From Solirubrobacterales bacterium (GTDB taxonomy: Bacteria > Actinomycetota > Thermoleophilia > Solirubrobacterales > 70-9), in the NCBI GenBank assembly GCA_050697075.1, contig JBOGZC010000003.1, positions 846-64,845 on the forward strand: a stretch of 64,000 bases of DNA, written 5' to 3'. The position numbers and the translations under genes are program-made. Under the pieces are notes generated by a model, which had not been told where the DNA came from, made no database searches, and saw only the letters and a program-made list of their open reading frames with translations. Below are positions 26,167 through 35,842 of the stretch, piece after piece; positions within the stretch are counted from its first letter, which is position 1, and each line of letters starts with the position of its first letter.

Positions 26167-27231
26167 GTGGGGCGAGCAATGTCTGTAGCTGGAATTCTCG
26201 CGCTGAGCGTTGCCCTCTCGGCGTGTGGCGGCAGTGGGGGCGCTTCGAACTCATCCAGGGGGCACCCCGCCCACACGCTCTTCCTCCAAGGGCCGGCCAA
26301 AGGGAACCTCGACAGGCTCGTCGCGCTGAACACCCGCACGCGCCGAGCACGGACACTGCCGATCATGGTGGGTTGCGGTGATGCCAACGTATGCCTCCTC
26401 CCGATCGGCGGCAAGCTGGTGATCGCATCCGGCAACACCGCCGTGTACGACCCCCAGCGCCCCGGGCAACCGCGGGTGCGCAAGATCGGAAACGCGTGGA
26501 CCATCGTTCCCTCGGCAAGTGACGAAAGGGTGTGGCTCGCGATCCGCGACCGCCGCAAGAGGAGCCGCGCTACCTGGCCAGCGCTGAAGCTGCGAGCGGT
26601 TCGCGAGAAGACCGTCGATGGCCATTTGACCCAGTCCGCGTCCGCGGCCCACGATTGGTGGCCGGGAGGCGCCGGGCACTTTCCAGAGGCCGCCGTGAAG
26701 AAGGGGCTCGTGTTCGGTACTAGGGGCAGTCTGCGCATCTGGAGCCCGAGGACCCAAGCGGCGACCCTCCGCCTGCCAGGTCGCTATCCGTTCGCCGTCG
26801 GCGCGCACGGCGACCTCCTTGCGTGGTGTACCGCGGGATGCCCGAGGTTGCGGATCACCAACACTCGGACCGACAGGACGAGGTTCGTGAAGCCCCCGAC
26901 TGGCTACTCCCTCCAGCCCTACGAATACGAGGAAAGCGGGTTCTCACCCAAAGGCTCCCTGCTCGCCGTTCCGGCGATTCCCGATCGCGAAGCCGGAAAT
27001 CCAGACAGTGCCAGGTGGTCGATTGCTCTAGTGAATGTGAGGGAGGGAACGGCGAGAATCGTCCATGGCTCGCGGCTCGACACGTACCAGGTCATGGCGT
27101 GGTTGCCATCCGGGAAACGGCTCTTCTTCAGCGCTGGCGGGGGCCGGATCATGGCCTACCGGCCCGGCGCTCGACGCGCGACCAATTTCGCGCGGCTTCA
27201 CGGCACGATCTTTCATATGGCCGCTCTGTAG
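26167..27231 (+). CDS. lipoprotein, beta-propeller-like
   Basis: ILALSVALSACGGSGG lipobox. 354 aa. Confidence 0.65.
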   Translation: MGRAMSVAGILALSVALSACGGSGGASNSSRGHPAHTLFLQGPAKGNLDRLVALNTRTRRARTLPIMVGCGDANVCLLPIGGKLVIASGNTAVYDPQRPGQPRVRKIGNAWTIVPSASDERVWLAIRDRRKRSRATWPALKLRAVREKTVDGHLTQSASAAHDWWPGGAGHFPEAAVKKGLVFGTRGSLRIWSPRTQAATLRLPGRYPFAVGAHGDLLAWCTAGCPRLRITNTRTDRTRFVKPPTGYSLQPYEYEESGFSPKGSLLAVPAIPDREAGNPDSARWSIALVNVREGTARIVHGSRLDTYQVMAWLPSGKRLFFSAGGGRIMAYRPGARRATNFARLHGTIFHMAAL

Positions 27232-27343
27232 CCAGGCGTGCCATCGGCCCTGAACCGTTCTCCCTGCACCCCTCCTCGTGACGCTGCTGCTGTGGCCGTC
27301 AGGGCGCCGGTAGGTCGCGGGTCGTAAGAGCTCACCCCCTTCG

Positions 27344-27730
27344 ATGGACCTCACCCGGGGGCGGCATCGTATGGTCGATGTGCGGTGCCGGATCGTTCCC
27401 CTTCTCGCGTCCACGCTGGCAGTGATTGCCGTGGGATCCTGCGGTGGTAGCGGCGGCATGGACTCCGCGCAAGCTCCCGCTACGCAGGAGTCCCAGGCGA
27501 CAATCCAACCCTGCGAGTATCCGAAGTCAACACCCGGGCCAGTGCCTCCGGGTCAAACCACGGCCAGCGGCGGAGCAACTTGCAGCGAGGCCCTGCGCCT
27601 TTACCGCCACGGCGACAGAGGAACGCCGTGGACCTGTCGCTCAAAGCAGCCGGGTGGGCAGAACAGCCCGGTTCAACTCTCTTGCGCTAATGGCTCCCAG
27701 TTGGTCCGCTTCGGCGGCCTTACACCCTAA
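27344..27730 (+). CDS. small Cys-containing lipoprotein
   Basis: LAVIAVGSCGGSGG lipobox. Start uncertain. Confidence 0.5.
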   Translation: MDLTRGRHRMVDVRCRIVPLLASTLAVIAVGSCGGSGGMDSAQAPATQESQATIQPCEYPKSTPGPVPPGQTTASGGATCSEALRLYRHGDRGTPWTCRSKQPGGQNSPVQLSCANGSQLVRFGGLTP

Positions 27731-27812
27731 TCCAGGGTCCCCATCCGACCCCGGGGAGGCTGTCTCTTATACGGACCCTATCCGCCACTAGGGTCGTATC
27801 CGGGTTGAGGGG

Positions 27813-28322
27813 ATGGCTAAGCGCACACATACCTGCATCCTTGCGGCGCTTGCGCTGGCGGTTCCGCTATCCGGCTGCGGCCACAACTCCCCGAGCTCCA
27901 CGATCCAGGCCGTCAGCTTCCGCGCGGACGCTGGTCCCAACCGGCAGCCCTTTCGGCCCTCCGAGTCTCAAACGATCCTCGACCTCGGCGACCTCACGAT
28001 TCGGGCGCAGTGCGCCCGAGGCGAAGGTGGCCAGCCGTTCCTGAACGTCGGGGCCTCGACGGGCGTTGACAATGCAACCATCTCCTCGCGCTTCACGGAG
28101 CGGGGGCAGCCGCCGACCCCGTACCTGTTCGTGATCGAGGACTTCGACAAGAGCTACGGCGATTACGACTTCCTCGGCCACCCGAGGCGAGCGGCGGGCG
28201 ACCTCGGCTATTCCCGGCCCGATGGTGGGCAGGTCTCGCTGTCCTACACGACCACATCAGGCGCAGGGGGTCCCGCGGATTGCTTCCTCGGCGGGGCGGC
28301 TACCTACGCTCCGCCCCAATAG
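27813..28322 (+). CDS. lipoprotein, unknown function
   Basis: GAGGGG SD-like before the ATG. LALAVPLSGCG lipobox. Confidence 0.65.
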   Translation: MAKRTHTCILAALALAVPLSGCGHNSPSSTIQAVSFRADAGPNRQPFRPSESQTILDLGDLTIRAQCARGEGGQPFLNVGASTGVDNATISSRFTERGQPPTPYLFVIEDFDKSYGDYDFLGHPRRAAGDLGYSRPDGGQVSLSYTTTSGAGGPADCFLGGAATYAPPQ

Positions 28323-28346
28323 GGGATTCGGGGCGGCTGCGGGCGG

Positions 28347-28685
28347 CTACTGCTTGACCGCGTACCCCTTGCCCCGTTTGCGAATTCTGCCCTTCTGCTG
28401 AAGGCTTCGGGCGAGGGCGTAAGCCTGGCTGGACGGGACGCCCATCTGCTTCGCGATCTCGCTCCCACCGGCACCGGGATTCTTCTTAACCGCGGCGAGG
28501 AACTGCTCTTGGCGCTGGCCGCGAGGAGCCCGCTTGCTGCTTCGCCTCCGCCGAGTGGTCGGGGTCCTACCGTTCGATCCCGTCAGAGCGCTGAGAGCCC
28601 GCTCTAGGTTCTTTCGCTCGTCATCCAGGGTCCGAATCTGTTCCCTGAGTAGTGATGCCGCCTGATCGATGGGGCTGAGCGCCAT
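28347..28685 (-). CDS. coiled-coil plus winged-helix DNA-binding protein
   Basis: N-terminal heptad-like segment, basic linker, C-terminal ...GGSEIAKQMGVPSSQAYALARSLQQKGRIRKRGKGY. Confidence 0.55.
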   Translation of the reverse strand: MALSPIDQAASLLREQIRTLDDERKNLERALSALTGSNGRTPTTRRRRSSKRAPRGQRQEQFLAAVKKNPGAGGSEIAKQMGVPSSQAYALARSLQQKGRIRKRGKGYAVKQ

Positions 28686-28754
28686 TGAGTGATACCTCCG
28701 TGTAATGGGGAGCCGGGCAGGTTAGCTGAGGGTCCTCTGAGACAATCGCGCGGA

Positions 28755-29927
28755 GTGACCGAACTCGGAGAACTTCTTCAGGTCATCCATGACTCACGCG
28801 ATGCGTGGAGCACCTTCCGAGGCGAATACCGGCTGTGGCAGGACCGTGAGCGCAGGATGAAGGCGTTCACCACCATGACCGAGCGGAGCGGCGGGACCAG
28901 CTACGCCATGGTCGCAGTGTCGAGCGGTGACGACGCCGAGCAACAGTCCTCAACGAGCGAGGGGCGCTGGCGGATCTGGGTCCAGCGGCCAGACTCGATT
29001 CGTGAAGAGATCGAGGGCAGGGACTGGGGACCGGAGACGACGGTGAAGATCGGTGAGCAGTGGTGGAGTTACGACGAATATTCCGGCGCTCGAACCAATG
29101 AGGGCTCGGACGAGGTTGGCACCAGCGTCGCCCGGTTCTCAGCCTGGCTCGAGCCCGCGCGGCTTCTGGGGTCGCTCCGCTTCGAGCCGCTCGGCGCCAC
29201 CACCATCGCCGGGCGGCAAGCCATCCGCACGCTCGCTTTCCCGGCCGAGGAGAGCGCGCTGGACGAGGATCGGCTCGACTTTGAGCTACACGGCCTCGGC
29301 ACGCCGGGCGAGGAGTACGAGTTCGCGGTGGACCTGGACACGGGGACGCTCCTGCGGGTCGAGGCGCGGTTCGGCGGTCAGCCAGTGTTAATCGGCGAGG
29401 CCGAGGCCGTCGCCTTCGACGAGGAGTTTCCGCCCGACACCTTCGTCTTCACTCCCCCCGAGGGGGAGGAGATCGAGCCGCTCGACTTTGGGCGCCCGAG
29501 CGGCGATCAGCCGATCCACGAGGCGGCCGCCGAAGCGCCCTTCACGGTCTTCATGCTGCCTCGGATTCCAGAAGGATGGACGATGACCGCATTCTCGTTC
29601 CCGCAGAGCAAGCGGCCAAAGCGCGGTCACCTAGTCGGGGTCAGCTATCACGCCGACACCGGAGCAGCCCGGCTCAACCTGTCCCAACGAGCGCGCTCAG
29701 AGGAGGGGTGGGCCGAGCACGAGGATCACTGGGATTACGAGCTGGCGGAGCACAGCGGGATACAGATGAAGGTTCATCATCGGAGCGACGACGTGCCTCA
29801 ATCGATGGTGCTGGTAACCCGGGACGAAACCGACATCACGATCAGTTCAGAGGAGCTAAGCGGCGACAAGCTTGTTGAGATCGCGGCCGAACTGGTCCCC
29901 GCGCCCACGAAGCCGCCCGAGTTGTAG
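28755..29927 (+). CDS. hypothetical cytoplasmic protein (possibly LolA/RseB-like fold)
   Basis: Long clean ORF divergent from the wHTH gene. No signal peptide. The fold call is a weak impression only. Confidence 0.5.
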   Translation: MTELGELLQVIHDSRDAWSTFRGEYRLWQDRERRMKAFTTMTERSGGTSYAMVAVSSGDDAEQQSSTSEGRWRIWVQRPDSIREEIEGRDWGPETTVKIGEQWWSYDEYSGARTNEGSDEVGTSVARFSAWLEPARLLGSLRFEPLGATTIAGRQAIRTLAFPAEESALDEDRLDFELHGLGTPGEEYEFAVDLDTGTLLRVEARFGGQPVLIGEAEAVAFDEEFPPDTFVFTPPEGEEIEPLDFGRPSGDQPIHEAAAEAPFTVFMLPRIPEGWTMTAFSFPQSKRPKRGHLVGVSYHADTGAARLNLSQRARSEEGWAEHEDHWDYELAEHSGIQMKVHHRSDDVPQSMVLVTRDETDITISSEELSGDKLVEIAAELVPAPTKPPEL

Positions 29928-29940
29928 GCGGCGGCCTGGC

Positions 29941-30180
29941 CTACTCCGGCCGATCCGCCCTGCGGTGCTCCAGCGCTCCGGCGATCCCGAGCACAAGGGC
30001 GACCAGCACGGCCATGAGGATCGCGATCCCGATGGGGGAGAGATCCGCGTTGCCGTGTCCACCGCGATCTGCGACCAAGGCAATCGCAACGGCGAGCGGG
30101 AGAGCAACGTACTTGAGGAAGCCGTGGCTCGATCTCACGGGTCCAGTATCCCGCATAGGGCGGGCACCCCCCTGTCGCAT
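29941..30180 (-). CDS. small two-TM membrane protein
   Basis: Two hydrophobic helices (YVALPLAVAIALVA; IGIAILMAVLVALVLGIAGAL). Confidence 0.4.
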   Translation of the reverse strand: MRQGGARPMRDTGPVRSSHGFLKYVALPLAVAIALVADRGGHGNADLSPIGIAILMAVLVALVLGIAGALEHRRADRPE

Positions 30181-30210
30181 TCGTCAGGTACCGGTGACGA
30201 CTGGCTGCCG

Positions 30211-30654
30211 CTAGCTGTACGCATCAGGGATCGGCGGGCCTGGTCGCAGGTGAGGCGGCAGTCGGAAGTGAAGCGGCGGGCGAAGAACGTGGCCGTGCTG
30301 CCACCACCTGACGGAGTACCGGCCAGGGTGCTTCAAGAGGCCAGGGACATCGCGCTTCAGGTCAACCACGCCGACGAACCACCTGCCGCGCTTTTCGAAG
30401 GGTCGCCGGGACTTGCAATCGGCTACGGAGGACCGGTCCTGGTTCCTGAAGCACAACTGGTATACCCGCGAGCTGCGGCGGGGCTGCTTCAGCCGGAACT
30501 TCACCCGTCCGTCCTGCTTGGCGATGGTCGTGCAGAAGTGCGTGTTGAGGAACGCGCCGCAATGGTGGTCGATGATGAAGGCCTGACTCGACCCGGCAAG
30601 GGACAGGGCGACAAGTGCCGTCCCGGCCGCGAGCACATACCAGCGGAGCCGCAT
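30211..30654 (-). CDS. secreted Cys-containing hypothetical protein
   Basis: Signal peptide MRLRWYVLAAGTALVALSLAGSSQA. Confidence 0.55.
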   Translation of the reverse strand: MRLRWYVLAAGTALVALSLAGSSQAFIIDHHCGAFLNTHFCTTIAKQDGRVKFRLKQPRRSSRVYQLCFRNQDRSSVADCKSRRPFEKRGRWFVGVVDLKRDVPGLLKHPGRYSVRWWQHGHVLRPPLHFRLPPHLRPGPPIPDAYS

Positions 30655-30755
30655 GCGCGAGAGCGTAACCCGAGCAGCGCGTCAGGGGTGGGCGAGGTCC
30701 GCAAACTCGATTTTCAGATCCGACCGCCGAGGACTGGTCCTATAAGAAGAACCAG

Positions 30756-31556
30756 CTAAGGCGTGACGCCCGGGGGTGGGCCGACGCTGATGTTCGGGGG
30801 GAGCCCGCTGACCCCGACGGCGACGGTACGTGCCGTGTTGGGGCGCTCGCAGTTGTTCGCGATCTCCGACCGTTGATTGGCAATGACGTGATCGAATCCT
30901 CCGCCGCAGAAGATGCGGTTCCGGCCGTGGAGGTCGATGATCCAGTCCTTACCGGCCTTCCCGCGCAGCACGTCTGGGCCACCGTTCCCGAACAAAAGGT
31001 CAGCACCTCCGTCGCCTTTTACGTAGTCGGCGTCTGCGCCGCCCTTGACCACGTCATTCCCTTCGGAACCGGCGATTCTGTCGATCCCGCGTCCTCCGGT
31101 GATCGAATCGTCACCACGGCCGCCGAGAACGTGATCGCGGCCGGTGCCGCCGCTGATCGAATCGTCGCCTCCTACACCCGCGATCCCGTCAGAGTTCCGA
31201 CCGCCGTCGATGATGTCGGCACCTGCGAACCCGGCGAGGATGTCGAAGCCGCGCTGGCCGTAGATCCTGTCCTTCCCCGGTCCCCCGCCGATGAGGTCAA
31301 CGCCATTCTCCCCGTAGAGACAGTCGGCTGCGCCGAATCCGTCGATGAAGTCGCCTCGCCCGCCGCCTCGAAGGAGATCGCGGCCAGGGCCGCCGTTCAT
31401 CCCATTGCTCTTCGAGTGATCGCCTTGAAGCGCCTTCCCGTTCGGGTTGCAGCCCGGCGGGTACTGGTCCGGCGGGATCGGGGTGACGGAGGCGTAGGCG
31501 GATGCCGCCGCGACGAGCATCGCGACGGCCGTGAGGACCATCAGGACGGGCTTCAT
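30756..31556 (-). CDS. RTX (hemolysin-type calcium-binding repeat) secreted protein, intact copy
   Basis: Sec signal followed by more than 12 GGxGxD nonapeptide-like repeats. Conserved N-terminal TPIPPDQYPPGCNPNGKAL shared with 5043..5854. Confidence 0.8.
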   Translation of the reverse strand: MKPVLMVLTAVAMLVAAASAYASVTPIPPDQYPPGCNPNGKALQGDHSKSNGMNGGPGRDLLRGGGRGDFIDGFGAADCLYGENGVDLIGGGPGKDRIYGQRGFDILAGFAGADIIDGGRNSDGIAGVGGDDSISGGTGRDHVLGGRGDDSITGGRGIDRIAGSEGNDVVKGGADADYVKGDGGADLLFGNGGPDVLRGKAGKDWIIDLHGRNRIFCGGGFDHVIANQRSEIANNCERPNTARTVAVGVSGLPPNISVGPPPGVTP

Positions 31557-31559
31557 CGT

Positions 31560-31952
31560 CTACGGCGGCGGCTTCACGCCGCAGCAGCCGAAGAGGCCCC
31601 GGTGGGTGTGCGTGTGGGCGAGTACGTGGCCGTGGCCGTCGAAAGCCGTGATCCATCGCGGCCGCCGGTGGCCCAGATAGAAGCGGTTGAAGAAACGCAG
31701 TCCGTTAACCCACGGGAAACGGTTTCGGACCCGCCTGGACGAGAAACGGACGACTCGCACCTTGCGATGGCGTTCGCACTTCGGTTTCTCCGACGCCACC
31801 CGGCCATGAAACACGGGACTTCCTGGGTTGAGGAGCACGCGTGTTCCGTAGATGGTGTTGCCGGGGGTTCTGCCCGGCGAGGCCTCTCCGTGCGCAAGGG
31901 CAATGCTCACAACGAAGACAGCTAAAACGGTAGCGATCAGACGCACTCTCAT
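31560..31952 (-). CDS. secreted His/Arg-rich small protein upstream of the RTX gene
   Basis: Signal peptide. GRVASEKPKCERHRKVRVVRF resembles GQVTSHREICQFFRIVKLKA of 6368..6835. GHGHVLAHTHTH tail. 3-nt gap to the RTX gene. Confidence 0.6.
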   Translation of the reverse strand: MRVRLIATVLAVFVVSIALAHGEASPGRTPGNTIYGTRVLLNPGSPVFHGRVASEKPKCERHRKVRVVRFSSRRVRNRFPWVNGLRFFNRFYLGHRRPRWITAFDGHGHVLAHTHTHRGLFGCCGVKPPP

Positions 31953-32096
31953 TGCCCCGAAAGCATCCCACGCGTCCTATCTGCGGGCCGTAGCCCAAGG
32001 GGTATAGCGGCGACACCTGCGGCCCTGCGACATTGCCGCCCCTTCACAGCGGAGGGTGAGACTCGCCTTGTCGGTCTCCTTAGGCTGGCGCTGCCG

Positions 32097-32423
32097 GCAG
32101 TTCGCGCGATCGGCGTGCGATCGGCTGGTTGGGCGACAGGCGTCGAGAATCGGCCCAATCTGGCGGGGAGTTTCGCCCAGAAACCTGACGTTCCCCGAGG
32201 TGAGAGGCGATCAGGAAGCAGTGCTTTGCAGGGACTTCCCGACTCGGAGCGGAGGGGGAGGGATTCGAACCCTCGTCACGCCCTTAAGACGTGAAACGGT
32301 TTTCGAGACGATTGGTTCGGGCTCGGAATTGTGGCGCGTTCCAGGGGATTCCGAGGCTCGCGCTGTGGTTGCGCGATCGTTTTGCGATTCGGGGGTTTTG
32401 CGAGTTTTGAGAGGCCCCTCGGG
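32097..32423. repeat. composite repeat, copy A (block 1, block 2, tRNA-Ser 3' fragment, block 3)
   Basis: Block 1: GTTCGCGCGATCGGCGTGCGATCGGC..GTTGGGCGACAGGCGTCG.GAATCGGC. Block 2: TTTGCAGGGACTTCCCGACTCG. Block 3: GTTTTGCGATTC....GTTTTG.GAGTTTTGAGAG. Shared with copies at 49738 and 52930. Confidence 0.8.
32250..32312 (-). other. tRNA-Ser(CGA) 3' fragment (anticodon arm to discriminator), no 5' half
   Basis: Minus strand: ATCGT-CTCGAAA-ACCGT TT CACGTC-TTAAG-GGCGTG AC GAGGG-TTCGAAT-CCCTC CCCCTCC G. Class II long variable arm, G73, anticodon CGA. No complementary GGAGGGG 5' acceptor strand. Confidence 0.65.
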
Positions 32424-32588
32424 CATTTCGACGCCCGGAAAGTTCTGAAGTTTCGCGGTCATTCGATTGGCTGAGCTACAGCGTGAGTGCGTGAGTGGCG
32501 ACTGCCGCGGCCAAGGCGGCCCCGCTGATTGCCGACTGACTTACTTGCGCTGTTTCCTGGACTTAGAACCGAACCGGTCTCGTGCGCT

Positions 32589-33068
32589 CTACTTGTCCTG
32601 AGCGACGGTCGCTTTGAAGAGCTGGCCGCGTATCGCACCATTCGGAAACGCGTTTGTGTGGACGTTGACGTAGTAGGCGCCCGGATTCGCCTTGATCGCG
32701 TTGGCCAGCGTGGTGCTCACGGTCGTGCAGCTCGCCGACGCCGCCGCAGCGCCCGAGGTCGGTGCGTTCAAGGGGACCGAGATCGGTCCATTCGCGCCCA
32801 CCGGCGCTTTATGGATGTGCGCCGCAAGCGGGGTCCCGATCTTGGCCACCTGCAGGCCATAGCAGAGCTTCGTGCCACTGAACGACGCGCTGAACGTTCC
32901 GTAGCCATCGGGGTCGGCGGCCGGAACATCGTGCTCGCCGTCGAGCTTGGCGAAAAAGGATGAGCCTGCTGGTGCCGTTCCCGAGGCCGGCAGCGCTATG
33001 ACTGCTACCACCGCGAGCGCCGTGAGGCAGGCTCCCGCACCGAGGACCTTCATGCGATGTCTCTTCAT
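32589..33068 (-). CDS. CHRD domain-containing secreted protein
   Basis: Signal peptide. ...AAHIHKAPVGANGPI... and ...YYVNVHTNAFPNGAIRGQL, both CHRD hallmarks. Confidence 0.8.
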   Translation of the reverse strand: MKRHRMKVLGAGACLTALAVVAVIALPASGTAPAGSSFFAKLDGEHDVPAADPDGYGTFSASFSGTKLCYGLQVAKIGTPLAAHIHKAPVGANGPISVPLNAPTSGAAAASASCTTVSTTLANAIKANPGAYYVNVHTNAFPNGAIRGQLFKATVAQDK

Positions 33069-33288
33069 CGGTTCCCTCCTCTGAGTACCCGCCGGGCCCC
33101 CTTCGGTCTGAGGCCTGGCCGTTCAGGGCAACCCTACCCGCTCAGAATGGGGAGGAGCCAATCCCGTCGCCCAGACCGAGGCCGGGCGGCCCCAGCCGCT
33201 GCGTTCGCGGGCCTCGGATGATCCACGGCGGGCTCGACGACGTATCGAGGTGGCGAAACCACCCGACGACTAAGAGAAAGGACTCATC

Positions 33289-33780
33289 GTGAACGCCAGG
33301 AGAGCGCTACCGACGTTTGCGCTGGCGGCATGCGCGTCGCTTGCCGTCGCCGCATGTGGCAGCAGCAGTTCGAGCTCGACACCCAGTACCTCGACCAACA
33401 CCGCCGTTGCCGCTCCGGGGGCGTCGGTGTCGTTCGTGACGCCGAAGAACGGCTCGACGACCTCGAGCACGGTGACCGCGAAGGTGACGGTCAAGAACTT
33501 CAAGCTCGCGCCGGACCAGGTCGGCAAGAAGGCCGTTCAGGGCGAGGGCCACCTTCATTTCTCGATGGATGGCGGCAAGTACGACCAGCCCAAGTACTCA
33601 GGCGCGAATGGCAAGCTCGCCAAGCAGCTCGGCGTAGCCGGTCAATACTCGCCTTCGGTGACCCCGACGATCACCTACAAGGGCCTGCCCCCTGGCAAGC
33701 ACACCCTCGTGGTCTACCTCGCGAACAATGACCACACGGACACGGGCGTCCAGGCTAAGACGACGTTCACGGTCAAGTAG
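33289..33780 (+). CDS. lipoprotein, DUF4399-like
   Basis: AAAGGA SD. Lipobox LAVAACGSS. ...VQGEGHLHFSMDG... and ...GKHTLVVYLANNDHT. Confidence 0.6.
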   Translation: MNARRALPTFALAACASLAVAACGSSSSSSTPSTSTNTAVAAPGASVSFVTPKNGSTTSSTVTAKVTVKNFKLAPDQVGKKAVQGEGHLHFSMDGGKYDQPKYSGANGKLAKQLGVAGQYSPSVTPTITYKGLPPGKHTLVVYLANNDHTDTGVQAKTTFTVK

Positions 33781-33787
33781 TCGCCTG

Positions 33788-34165
33788 ATGCCGCGGAGCG
33801 GTCGAAGGCGAGTGATCCGCCGATTGGCGGCGGGGCTCGGGGCGCTCACGCTTAGCGCCTCGGGCCTGGCCTGCGGCGGCTCCTCGAGCCCAAGCTCGTC
33901 CACGTCGGTCCCAAGCTCGTCCACGTCGGTCGAGGCCTACGACTTCGGCTTTCGCCCCCCGTCTGAGACGCTCAAGATCGGAGACGCGGTCACCTGGACG
34001 AACACCGGCCAGACCACCCATACGGTCAAGGGTCCCGGGTTCTTCTCCCAGGCGATCAACCCGGGGCAGAGCTACTCGTTCACTTTCAAGAAGTCCGGGA
34101 CCTATCACTACATCTGCACCCTGCATCCGACGCTCATGCGGGGGACGATCGTAGTGAGTGGTTAG
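33788..34165 (+). CDS. cupredoxin (plastocyanin/amicyanin-like blue copper protein)
   Basis: ...IGDAVTWTNTGQTTHTV... and YHYICTLHPTLMRGTIVV (H, then C-x2-H-x3-M ligand pattern). Arg-rich signal peptide. Confidence 0.8.
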   Translation: MPRSGRRRVIRRLAAGLGALTLSASGLACGGSSSPSSSTSVPSSSTSVEAYDFGFRPPSETLKIGDAVTWTNTGQTTHTVKGPGFFSQAINPGQSYSFTFKKSGTYHYICTLHPTLMRGTIVVSG

Positions 34166-34259
34166 GGGCCCGGGTTCGTAATCCGACCGGCTACGGACAG
34201 CCACGGTTTTTGGCCCAAGCTCGGTGCGCGGGGTTGCCAGTGGCCTGGCCTCCGCGGTC

Positions 34260-35837
34260 TCAGTCCGCAACCCGGAACCTGAGGCGAACGGAGGCTGATG
34301 CATTGCCAACCCCGTCGGTAGCGACCAGCGTCGCGCGGTAGCTCGCCGGATGGAGGGCCCGCCCCCCGATCCACCCTGAGAAGCGCCTCGTGTTCGAGCC
34401 TCGATCGCTGTCCTTTGCGAAGTGTCCGACCGGGGTGAAGCGTCCGCAGCGGGGGCGACCGCGATTTCCGCGAGTTCTAGGAACGCACCGGCCGTCGACC
34501 CGCCTGCCAACCGACTTTCTCTCGACCGCAAAGGCCACGCGCGCATCCTTGGACAGGGAGTAGTCGAAGGTGGTGCCCTGAGCGAGTCTCGCGACTCGTG
34601 TCTTCGGTAGGCCAGTGGGCTCGACCGCGAACTTGGACGGGCGCACAGCCGCCCTGGTGAAACGAGGGGCGACCGAGGCGGACTTGGCGGTGCCGGCGAG
34701 CGAGACGTATGTGGGCGAGCCGGTTGCGTTGCTCGTGATCCGCAGCGCGGCGCTTCGGGCTCCCTTCGCAGTGGGAGTGAACCTGACGTTGACAATGCAC
34801 CCCGACCCCGCGGGCGTGACGTTGACCGTGCAGCTGTCGCCGGTCTTCTCGAAGTCGCCTGCGTTCGCGCCAACGATGCTGACCCCGGAGACGTCCAGAA
34901 CCGAGCTGCTCGTATTCGTGACCAGGAGCGCGCGAATTTCGCTCTTGTCGCCAACAGCCGTTGCGGGGAAGGTGGAGCTCGAGGGCGTGACCTTCAGGGT
35001 CGGGGAGACCGCGATCCCGCACGGGCCGTGAGCGCCGGTGATGAAGCTCTCGTCGACGCCGGAGCCGTCGAGGTTGGACCGCACGATCGTGTCGTTGCCG
35101 GTCGTCCAGTAGGCATGGCGACCATCCACGGCGATGCCACACGGGCTGTGGGTGATGATGAAGCTCTCGTCCGCAGCGCTGCCGTCCAGATCGGCGCGAC
35201 CGATGCTGTCGCCCGCCCGATTCGCCCAGTAGAGGAAGCCGTCGGTGACCGCCGCCCCACACGGGTCCTGCGTTGCGGAGATGAAGGACTGGTTGACGCG
35301 CGCCCCGTCGATGTGCGAGTTGCCGATGCTCCCCGGGTCGCCGCCGTTTGCCCAGTAGACGTTGTCGGCGCCCACCGCGACCCCGCACGGGGACGCCCCG
35401 GTGGTTATGAATGTTTGGCTCGGGAACGATCCATCGAGGTTCGCCCGCCCGATCGTGCCAACGCCCGATGCGCTCTGACTCCAAAAGACGTGGGCATTGT
35501 CGACGGCAACTCCCGGGGAGGGACCGGCCGTGGCGATGAATGACTGGTCGACTTGGGTGCCATTGAGGTTGGCGCGGGCGACGCCGCCCGAGACGGTGTC
35601 GTGCGTCCAGAACAGATGCGCCGAGTCGATCGCCACGCCGTTCGGAGCACCGGCACCGCTGATGAACCCCTGATCGACGCCCGTGCCGTCGCGGTTTGCG
35701 CGACCGATGCTGTCGTCGCCGCGATTGGCCCAGTAGATCTGGGCGGCCGCCGGGGCCGAGAGCGTCAAGGCCGCCAGCGCAGCGGCGAGCCCCCCTGCCG
35801 CGAGCCCCCGCACCCTCGGGACTCCGATCCGCCACAC
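34260..35837 (-). CDS. secreted YWTD-like six-bladed beta-propeller, choice-of-anchor-D-like Ig domain and C-terminal domain
   Basis: Six repeats ending (Y/F)W(A/T/S)(N/H/Q/T) and SIGRAN(L/R)DG. Then LKVTPSS..FPATAVGD...LLVTNTSS...VSIVGANAGDF. Start taken at GTG 35837, 5 nt after the upstream stop. Confidence 0.75.
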   Translation of the reverse strand: MWRIGVPRVRGLAAGGLAAALAALTLSAPAAAQIYWANRGDDSIGRANRDGTGVDQGFISGAGAPNGVAIDSAHLFWTHDTVSGGVARANLNGTQVDQSFIATAGPSPGVAVDNAHVFWSQSASGVGTIGRANLDGSFPSQTFITTGASPCGVAVGADNVYWANGGDPGSIGNSHIDGARVNQSFISATQDPCGAAVTDGFLYWANRAGDSIGRADLDGSAADESFIITHSPCGIAVDGRHAYWTTGNDTIVRSNLDGSGVDESFITGAHGPCGIAVSPTLKVTPSSSTFPATAVGDKSEIRALLVTNTSSSVLDVSGVSIVGANAGDFEKTGDSCTVNVTPAGSGCIVNVRFTPTAKGARSAALRITSNATGSPTYVSLAGTAKSASVAPRFTRAAVRPSKFAVEPTGLPKTRVARLAQGTTFDYSLSKDARVAFAVERKSVGRRVDGRCVPRTRGNRGRPRCGRFTPVGHFAKDSDRGSNTRRFSGWIGGRALHPASYRATLVATDGVGNASASVRLRFRVAD

Positions 35838-35842
35838 GCCGG

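Noticed and set aside
30756-31556. Classical type I-secreted RTX toxin.
   Set aside because: The protein has an N-terminal Sec-type signal peptide and is only 266 aa. No ABC/MFP/TolC-type T1SS genes or acyltransferase are present in the window.
32250-32340. Calling any of the three copies an intact tRNA-Ser gene.
   Set aside because: The 5' acceptor strand complementary to CCCCTCC is absent. The D-arm is unrecognisable, apart from a faint CCGAGC in copy A. The anticodon stem has a mismatch.
32097-32460. The idea that the tRNA-like repeats are tmRNA (ssrA) genes. The T-arm plus an acceptor with U at position 70, and a unit length of a few hundred nt, prompted it.
   Set aside because: There are three copies. 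No 5' GGGG...acceptor partner, no tag-peptide reading frame and no pseudoknot-like organisation could be found. The discriminator is G and a Ser-type anticodon arm is present.
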